From the NCBI GenBank assembly GCA_001871415.1, contig MNWW01000058.1, positions 1 to 64,000 on the forward strand: DNA of 64,000 bases. Reading direction: 5' to 3'. The position numbers and the translations under genes are program-made. Of the stretch, positions 57,502 to 64,000 are shown one piece after another. The notes under the pieces were generated by a model. It was not told where the DNA came from, searched no databases, and saw only the letters and a list, made by a program, of their open reading frames with translations. Origin of the DNA: Candidatus Woesearchaeota archaeon CG1_02_57_44. Lineage in GTDB: Archaea > Nanobdellota > Nanobdellia > Woesearchaeales > CG1-02-57-44. Within the stretch, counting starts at the first letter, position 1; each line of letters begins with the position of its first letter.

Positions 57502-58494
57502 CTATTGCTGCACAGGCCGCACCATCCTGATGGAGGTCCTCAGCAGGGCGAAGATGATGGGGCCCAGAAAGATGCCGATGGCACCGAAGACCTTGAGTCC
57601 ACCGAGCACACCGACCAGGACGATTGCCGGATGCAATGATGCCCTGTTGCCGATGATGAAGGGCTTGAGCACATTATCGATGGTGCTCAGCAAGGTGATG
57701 CCCACCACCAGCAGGCCAATACCACGGCCCCAGAGCGATGGTTGCGTGGTCGTTATTCCCTGCGCTATCATAATCACGCTGATGGGCGCCCAGATGATGG
57801 GCGTTCCCACATAGGGTATGAACGCGGCGATGATGGCAATCATGCCCCAAAGGAAAAACGCCTTGACCCCGAATATCCAGAAAAAGAACATGGTCAGCAG
57901 TCCCTGGATGAAAGAGACCAGGACATTGCCATAGACGACCGCGTACATGATGCTGGACATCTCCTTTCTCGCGAGGATGCGTTGCTTGTTGCTGAACGGC
58001 GCAAGCTTGAAGGTGTGTTCCAGCAGCCGCGGGCCATCGCGCAGGAAGTAGAAGAACAGGAAGACAAACAGGCCGAACTCCAGGAACCGGGATGGCAGGG
58101 AGAGGACAAACGAGCGGGTCAACTCGCCGATCGCCTGGGTCGCGCGTTGTGTGATGGTCTGCAGGTGGCCCTGCAGGCCAAAGCGTGCGAACATGTCCGT
58201 CACGCCCTGATTGCAGCCCTCGCAGAGCGCAGGCTGGGAAAAGAAACTGATCGCCTCAGCAGCGGCCTGATTCAGGGCAAAGGCGAGCGGGCCGATGATG
58301 ATTATCAGGGCAGCGATGACAATAATCCCTGCGGACAGGCCTGGTTTTATTTTCTTGCTTAATGAATGATGAATGGGAAAGCAGACATAAGCGAAGATCG
58401 CGGCGGTGAGGATGCCTGTCAGATAGGAGCGCACCAGCAGGAACGACAAGATGAGAAATATGGTGAGCAGGATGATAGAAAAGCTGTTGCTCAC
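57502..58494 (-). CDS. AI-2E family transporter
   Basis: FYFLRDG, AFIPYVG, DNVLKP, GGLKVFG.IGIFLGP; GTG start inferred. Confidence 0.9.
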   Translation of the reverse strand: MSNSFSIILLTIFLILSFLLVRSYLTGILTAAIFAYVCFPIHHSLSKKIKPGLSAGIIVIAALIIIIGPLAFALNQAAAEAISFFSQPALCEGCNQGVTDMFARFGLQGHLQTITQRATQAIGELTRSFVLSLPSRFLEFGLFVFLFFYFLRDGPRLLEHTFKLAPFSNKQRILARKEMSSIMYAVVYGNVLVSFIQGLLTMFFFWIFGVKAFFLWGMIAIIAAFIPYVGTPIIWAPISVIMIAQGITTTQPSLWGRGIGLLVVGITLLSTIDNVLKPFIIGNRASLHPAIVLVGVLGGLKVFGAIGIFLGPIIFALLRTSIRMVRPVQQ

Positions 58495-58511
58495 GGCTTT
58501 CCATTGCTTTG

Positions 58512-58961
58512 TCAGGTGTATCCCCCCTGATATTGCTGGATGAGCTGTCCTAGGTATTGGGCCACCTGCTCTGGCATCTGGATGCCGGTCATCCTCAGCT
58601 GTCCTGCCTGGATGGTCCCGGTCTTGGCCAGCCTGTCCGTGAACGTGCGTCTGATTGTCGGGGACTGGAGCTGCTGGTAAGGGTTCCACGCGCGCCCCGG
58701 CTCGATGATGATGCCCTGCGGGAAGAACTTATAGGTCATGGCCTTCTTTCTCACTGACGTCCTGACCTGCCATCCGACCAGGGCAATCAAGAGGATGAAC
58801 GTGACGATATAGACGGTGACGGGGACGGCAATCTGCGCCAGGCGCATGTTCAGGATGAACAGCGAGAAGAACGCGGCGACGAGCAAGGAGAGTTTCAGCC
58901 ATTCACCAAGGGCGATGCGCCTGGTACTGCTTGCTGTCTCCCACACCTGGCCTGGCTCCAT
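58512..58961 (-). CDS. 2-TM membrane protein with bPH-like tail
   Basis: Two TMs, then RRTFTDRLAKTGTI. Confidence 0.6.
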   Translation of the reverse strand: MEPGQVWETASSTRRIALGEWLKLSLLVAAFFSLFILNMRLAQIAVPVTVYIVTFILLIALVGWQVRTSVRKKAMTYKFFPQGIIIEPGRAWNPYQQLQSPTIRRTFTDRLAKTGTIQAGQLRMTGIQMPEQVAQYLGQLIQQYQGGYT

Positions 58962-59034
58962 GCACCTGTTGATGGTGCGAGGGTATTTAAACCTTGTGCG
59001 ATGGTTTTTATGGTGGACGGATATTGTCTTCTTC

Positions 59035-59694
59035 ATGTCGCATTGCTGTGAGCTGGGGGCGAAACTTGACGAAGGGCAGGTGCTGTATCAGACCGATAAT
59101 TGTTTTGTCGCTCCAGCCCTTGGGCCTATAGGTGTGCCGTATCTGCTGGTTATGACCAAAGACTGCGGGAGTCCTCTTGGCGGGAGAAATGGCATAGGCA
59201 GCATGGTTAACGGGCTCATGGACGAATTTGTTGCGGTTCATGGACTCACTCGTCGTGTCATGGAATCCTTCTATGGCACGCCTGTCATCGGATTTGAGCA
59301 TGGTCCTCACTGTGGGGATCTTCACGGTGGAGGCTGTCTGGATCACGCGCACCTGCACCTTGTCGCGACTGACGACATCGTCGATGAAATCGAGACATAC
59401 CTACTTGAGCACAAAAGTCCAGGCGATACCTTGGGTGTCTATATGCCTGAAACGCCAAGAGTGACCTACCATTGTCTACGCGACATTCTTCTGGAACCTG
59501 AGACCTCATCGCTATATGCTGAATCTTCGGATGGTCAACAGCATGTATATAGAGTGACGTTCAGCATCCCTTCGCAGTTCTGTCGGCAGCTCATCGCAAA
59601 GCAGCGAGGCTGTCCTGATGACTATGACTGGGCACTTTCTGAGGGGCGTGACAAGATGCAGCAGACGTATGACGAGCTGGTGGGTAGGTTCTGA
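59035..59694 (+). CDS. HIT-like (CwfJ-type) protein
   Basis: FEHG..GGCLDHAHLHLV; SQFCRQ...YDW. Confidence 0.7.
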   Translation: MSHCCELGAKLDEGQVLYQTDNCFVAPALGPIGVPYLLVMTKDCGSPLGGRNGIGSMVNGLMDEFVAVHGLTRRVMESFYGTPVIGFEHGPHCGDLHGGGCLDHAHLHLVATDDIVDEIETYLLEHKSPGDTLGVYMPETPRVTYHCLRDILLEPETSSLYAESSDGQQHVYRVTFSIPSQFCRQLIAKQRGCPDDYDWALSEGRDKMQQTYDELVGRF

Positions 59695-59831
59695 GTTCTC
59701 TTTATGATGCGTTGGATAAGCTATGGGGCTCTAGCGAAAGAGGTTATTCCTGACCCATCGCGATGGGTTTGCTGAGGTCTACTGCGCCGCATACCGTCCA
59801 GCATCGATGAAGAGAGTCTGTGGATCAGACA

Positions 59832-59912
59832 GCAGAAGGAAATAATAGGCCCGACCGGAATTGCTGGGGGATACTAATAATGGGCCCGACCGGAATGCCG
59901 GTGGACATCCAC
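59832..59912. repeat. Two degenerate copies of the tRNA-Val 3' end (att-like scars)
   Basis: 59832-59861 and 59876-59912 match 60037-60084 (AATAATGGGCCCGACCGGAAT core). Confidence 0.85.
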
Positions 59913-60050
59913 GTGAAGGGCCTTGCCCTTCACTCATCCCACGAGGGATTTCGGCTTTGCCTCATCCCGCGGCTTGCGGTGCTATCGCAGACGGTCTTTG
60001 TTGATGGAAGTTGGTTGTTGGATGCAGGGGCAATGCGCAGAAGGAAATAA

Positions 60051-60123
60051 TGGGCCCGACCGGAATCGAACCGGTGACCTCCACCTTGTCAAGGTGGCGT
60101 CATAGCCGCTAGACCACGGGCCC
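60051..60123 (-). tRNA. tRNA-Val(GAC)
   Basis: CCACC-TTGACAA-GGTGG anticodon arm, GGTTCGATTCC. Confidence 0.95.
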
Positions 60124-60125
60124 AC

Positions 60126-60198
60126 AGCCTCGGGGGAGATTTGCACTCCCGACCTTACGCTTACCAAGCGCACGCTCTACTGACTGAGCTACCGAGGC
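60126..60198 (-). tRNA. tRNA-Thr(GGT)
   Basis: TGCGC-TTGGTAA-GCGTA anticodon arm; atypical T-loop TGCAAAT. Confidence 0.9.
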
Positions 60199-60497
60199 AC
60201 CGGGGAAACGCAGTTCCCTGTTGGTTTAAATTATTTTCTAGTGGCGAAGCTCTGGCCTGCCTTTCCTGCTCTGTGGAGGGGGCAAGCAATGAAGCTCCTT
60301 CGCATGAGGACCTTGCCGATGCTTTGCGTTGCGCGTCCTGAGGGATTATGCGTTGCATTCCGCTGAGCACACAACCCTGATACTGCGCACATTATCAGTG
60401 CAGCTTGCAGACAGCCCTGCTGTCACCTATCCTCTGCTGACCTTGCCAATACCTTATCCAGTCTGGCTGTGGAAGCTTCTTGCATGATCAGCGCAGG

Positions 60498-60647
60498 TCA
60501 ATAGCGGCTCTCCTCGAAAACAACGCGGCACTTGGGGCAATGCCACTTGCCATCTGTCGCCTTCTTCATCCTGATGCGGCAACTGAAGCAGAACATCTCC
60601 TCTTCGAGCATAACTCCCTCTGCCTCTCCATGAGCGTCAAATGGCAT
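60498..60647 (-). CDS. Small zinc-ribbon protein
   Basis: CFSC...WHCPKC; TTTATATAA about 25 nt upstream. Confidence 0.65.
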   Translation of the reverse strand: MPFDAHGEAEGVMLEEEMFCFSCRIRMKKATDGKWHCPKCRVVFEESRY

Positions 60648-60799
60648 ACCAAGGGGTAAATAATATGCGGATTTTATATAAACATTGTGGAAGAATGTTG
60701 GTCGTTGCGGGCTATTGCGACGTATTTCGTAACCTGCTGAATTAGCGAAATGTTTATAAAGCACCGTGCCACCAAGGTGGTAAAAAGAGGTGGCAGTCT

Positions 60800-61384
60800 A
60801 TGCGCAAAGGTTCACTCAGCTTATCCATAAATGCTATCGTGGTTTTGATACTCGCTGTTGCCATGCTTGGGCTTGGCCTCGGTTTCACCAAGAGCATGTT
60901 CTCGAAGATAAGCGAAAGCATTAAGATACCTGCTCCCAATAATCCCGCTACTGAGCAGGACCCTATCGGTTTGTCAGTGAGCAGCGCGGAGTTCAGCAAG
61001 ACTGGCAATGCGCAGTTAGACTTCAATTTCTACAATGATGGGACGTATCCTGGCCCAACCGGCACAAACGCCGAGAAATTCATTGCAGGTATTGTCTGTT
61101 ATGATTCAGGTAACACCGCCATTGATCTGATTGGCAATTCCGGAGGCGCATTGAATGTTATCACATCCGCACAAGATGTACCTATTGCATCGTCTGTGAC
61201 CTTTTCTATATTGTTTCCCAAAGACATGATGAAACCTGCAGGACTCTTGAAGCCTGGAAGCTATGTGTGCAAAGTCGGTGTCTGCGCTCAAATGGGAGCG
61301 AATGCGCCAGCTGGTTGCGGTCGGGCAGGGTCTGGAGGAACAGCATTCTCCAAGAGCAAGCAGATGACAATCAAGGTGAGTTGA
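60800..61384 (+). CDS. Archaeal type IV pilin-like protein
   Basis: Class III signal RKG/SLSLSINAIVVLILAVAMLGLG. Confidence 0.85.
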   Translation: MRKGSLSLSINAIVVLILAVAMLGLGLGFTKSMFSKISESIKIPAPNNPATEQDPIGLSVSSAEFSKTGNAQLDFNFYNDGTYPGPTGTNAEKFIAGIVCYDSGNTAIDLIGNSGGALNVITSAQDVPIASSVTFSILFPKDMMKPAGLLKPGSYVCKVGVCAQMGANAPAGCGRAGSGGTAFSKSKQMTIKVS

Positions 61385-61385
61385 C

Positions 61386-61892
61386 ATGAAAAAAAAAGGA
61401 TCATTAAGTCTGTCCATCAATGCGATTGTCGTCTTGATACTGGCTGTCGCCATGCTTGGCCTCGGCTTGGGATTCACCAAGACCATGTTCTCCAAGTTTG
61501 GATCTCAGTTCAAGATAGATGCCCCCAGCAATCCGGCTACGCTGGAGGACCCAATATCACTTCCTGAGAATACCGTGACTATCAGTTCTGTTAAGGAGAC
61601 TCGTATGGATGTGAATTTCTATAGCAACAACGGGGGGAATATAGCGCCCACTATGTCATGTGCTTGTGTGAATTCAGCTGGAGCGGCTCCTACTAGTGGA
61701 ACTGCTTTGGCTGCGCTGGCTACGAATCCGACCTACTTTATTTCTGAAATCCTCAACCCTGGTGAGCAAAAAGGATTCACCATCATCATACCACCACAGA
61801 CTGGTGCTTCTGGCAGCAGTTGCCTTTGCACCGTCAGTTTTACAGACGGCTCTGCAAAGAAATCCAAACAGATAACCCTTAACATCCAATAA
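61386..61892 (+). CDS. Archaeal type IV pilin-like protein
   Basis: Class III signal KKG/SLSLSINAIVVLILAVAMLGLG. Confidence 0.85.
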   Translation: MKKKGSLSLSINAIVVLILAVAMLGLGLGFTKTMFSKFGSQFKIDAPSNPATLEDPISLPENTVTISSVKETRMDVNFYSNNGGNIAPTMSCACVNSAGAAPTSGTALAALATNPTYFISEILNPGEQKGFTIIIPPQTGASGSSCLCTVSFTDGSAKKSKQITLNIQ

Positions 61893-61906
61893 CGAGGTGG
61901 AGACTC

Positions 61907-62119
61907 ATGAAAAAGCGGCTGACACAAAGCGAAGAGTTCGAGATAATGAAGCTTGTCCTGGACAAGTTCCTGTGGCTGGGCTTTGCCATCATGGCCTTCG
62001 GGCTCTATCAGGCGTTCACCGCGTCGGTGCAGACCGGATTCGCGTGGATTGTCGCAGGCGCCGTGGTACTCATCCTGTTCATGGTGCTCATCGTGCGCGA
62101 GTATGAGATCATCGCGTAA
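61907..62119 (+). CDS. Small 2-TM protein
   Basis: GAGGTGG RBS; EEFEIMKLVLDKFLWLG. Confidence 0.8.
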   Translation: MKKRLTQSEEFEIMKLVLDKFLWLGFAIMAFGLYQAFTASVQTGFAWIVAGAVVLILFMVLIVREYEIIA

Positions 62120-62124
62120 GACCC

Positions 62125-62757
62125 ATGGCACTGGGCAAGCGGGGCATTGAGCTTTCTGTTAATTTTATTGTCATGCTCATCATAGCGATAGTCGTGTTCT
62201 CGCTTGGCCTGAGCGTCACCTTCAAGCTCATCGGCAAGGTGCAGAAAGTATCAGACGCCGTCGACGCGAGCACCAAAGCTGACATCGAACGGCTGCTCGT
62301 CAGGAGCAACCAGCGCACGGTGCTGCCGTTCAACAACAAGGCAGTGCGCATCGGCGAGGATGCAACATTCAATCTTGGCATCAGCTATAATGGAGGAGAG
62401 ACGACAGAGCGCTTTGGGATCAAGGTGGCGTGCAAGAGCTTTGTCGCATCGGGGGGTTCATCCGCTGCGTGTCCTGGCGCAACCACTGCGCCATCTGTGC
62501 AATTCATCCCTGAGACCTCCATCAAGAACAATGCCTTTGACGTCGTGAAGCTGTTGTTCGTCACCAAGGGAAGCGGCTTTCGTGCCAGTCCCGGGACCTA
62601 CTACTATGTCGTGCAGGTAGGACAGTGCAATCAGGATGGTACGGGCGTTACTAACTCCTGCGCACCATTCACATCCAGCACCAACATCCAGGGAACAGGG
62701 GTTCCTCCCTGGGGCGCCTACCCGCCATCGCATCAGATAACGCTGACCGTGAAGTGA
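62125..62757 (+). CDS. Archaeal type IV pilin-like protein
   Basis: KRG/IELSVNFIVMLIIAIVVF; Cys pairs. Confidence 0.85.
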   Translation: MALGKRGIELSVNFIVMLIIAIVVFSLGLSVTFKLIGKVQKVSDAVDASTKADIERLLVRSNQRTVLPFNNKAVRIGEDATFNLGISYNGGETTERFGIKVACKSFVASGGSSAACPGATTAPSVQFIPETSIKNNAFDVVKLLFVTKGSGFRASPGTYYYVVQVGQCNQDGTGVTNSCAPFTSSTNIQGTGVPPWGAYPPSHQITLTVK

Positions 62758-63226
62758 TGCGCTTCTGTTATCGGTGTGCGNNNNNNNNNNNNNGCGGTGC
62801 ATTCAATGCAGTGGGTCTTGGTCTGGTTGAACCTGCATACGGCGTTGTGTCCTGTTATACCATGCACAGGTCATTCTGGTTTCCCAAGGTTACGTCACGT
62901 TGGTGGCGCTGGTCGCGCTGGCATTCTGCTGTGGTCACTGGCTGAGGGTCAAGGTATGCGGCTCCTGAGCATGAGCGCCCCTGATCAGTGGCTTGACACT
63001 GTGCCCTGCGCAGCGGGAGCGCGTGGCTATGCGTCGGGTAGCATCAGCTTACGGCATGTCCAGCAGCTCCTTGGTTTAACCCTGTCCCACGCGCAGCAGC
63101 AGGACGCCCGAGCGTGCTGACCATTAGAGGTCCCTGCAGAAGGTGACGCCAGGAGCATTTGTCACGTGTCTTGACTGCACTGTTCCCCAGCAAGGTTTAT
63201 AAGTTCCATTGCCCCCAACAGTAAGC

Positions 63227-63766
63227 ATGCGCATGCCGTTCGGCTCTCCGGCCATGAGCTTTGGCAAGCTGGTCATGATACTCGTCGCCTTATTCCTGCT
63301 CTGGTATGTCACCTTCTTCTCCCTCAATCACGTGTCCGGCAAGATATTCCCCTCTGATGACCTGCGCGCGAAAGCAGTCTCCAATACGCTCTCGCTGCTG
63401 GGCAATGGGACGAGTGTCATCAACAATGACCTGGTCAGCATCTCTGCTGGGCAGAGCGCGTATCGGGTCTTTGCTGTGCATAATCTCATGGACAGCCCCA
63501 AGGAATTCCGACTCGTCGTCTGCTATCCACAGACCGGCGCGTGCATGCCGGGCGCAAGGTTCCCTGCTAAGCTCCCGGTTATCTCGTATGATGCTGACAC
63601 TCCGCTTGTCGTCGACAAGCAGGCATTTGTCATCGATATCAACGGCTCTAACACCTTCGGTCTCTTCACCTTTGAGGTCTATGCTGAATACGACGCTGAT
63701 GACGGACCAGAAAGGGACTGGCAGGTGTATTATCCCAAGCAGGTGCTGACAATCGGGGTGACGTAG
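63227..63766 (+). CDS. Membrane-anchored pilin-related protein
   Basis: N-terminal TM; C-terminus (WQVYYPKQVLTIGV) resembles that of 62125-62757 (WGAYPPSHQITLTV); TTTATAA upstream. Confidence 0.6.
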   Translation: MRMPFGSPAMSFGKLVMILVALFLLWYVTFFSLNHVSGKIFPSDDLRAKAVSNTLSLLGNGTSVINNDLVSISAGQSAYRVFAVHNLMDSPKEFRLVVCYPQTGACMPGARFPAKLPVISYDADTPLVVDKQAFVIDINGSNTFGLFTFEVYAEYDADDGPERDWQVYYPKQVLTIGVT

Positions 63767-64000
63767 GTAGTTCATTGAATACATGATTGAACAGAATCAG
63801 AGACAGTATTTTGGCGCCTGTTTGTTCTGCGCAGCATCGCGCTGAGGGGTAAGATGTGGATCTTTTATCGTACGCAGGCCGCCTGTGGCATGGGCGCAGA
63901 AAACAGCAGCTAGTGATGCGCTGCTCTCGCGTTCAGCAACCCGCAATCAGGTCATTCCTGTTGTTTCTCGTCGACGCTCGCTTCTTTCTTCACAGCGAAC

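Noticed and set aside
62794..63190. About 400-bp apparently non-coding stretch as SRP or RNase P RNA
   Set aside because: No recognisable SRP helix-8 or RNase P P4 motifs by eye; ORFs unconvincing; an Infernal/Rfam scan would settle it

Overview
GC-rich archaeal chromosome segment. TFE, Orc1/Cdc6, GatE, Dph5, S19e/L39e/L31e, TATA-type promoters and class III pilins establish it as archaeal; the small-gene style and many orphan ORFs suggest a DPANN/Woesearchaeota-like lineage (inference). It holds about 65 CDS and 6 tRNAs (Leu-CAG, Arg-CCG, Arg-GCG, Leu-TAA, Val-GAC, Thr-GGT). Redox/metal content is strong: (i) a divergon at 1-5816 where a BlaI/CopY-type repressor and a BlaR-like membrane zinc peptidase face an operon of Cys-rich exported proteins (two unrelated proteins ending in LPxMVGGC, a triple-CxxC protein, CcdA, DUF411, an HCPLC membrane protein), with a His-rich small ORF and a palindromic operator; this is the best candidate for an undescribed extracytoplasmic thiol/metal system; (ii) an ArsR-led sufBDSUC operon; (iii) a PerR/Fur-led oxidative-stress cluster converging on a YgfZ-like gene. 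Other oddities: a CBS + HPF-like fusion, a Hel308 lacking its N-terminal ATPase domain, a tandem-NTase protein coupled to a CBS protein, bacterial-type thrC/thrB, degenerate tRNA 3'-end duplications with hairpin-rich inserts at two tRNAs, and frequent low-complexity insertions in conserved proteins. No CRISPR array, rRNA or transposase was seen. All calls come from motif reading by eye; start codons are best guesses.
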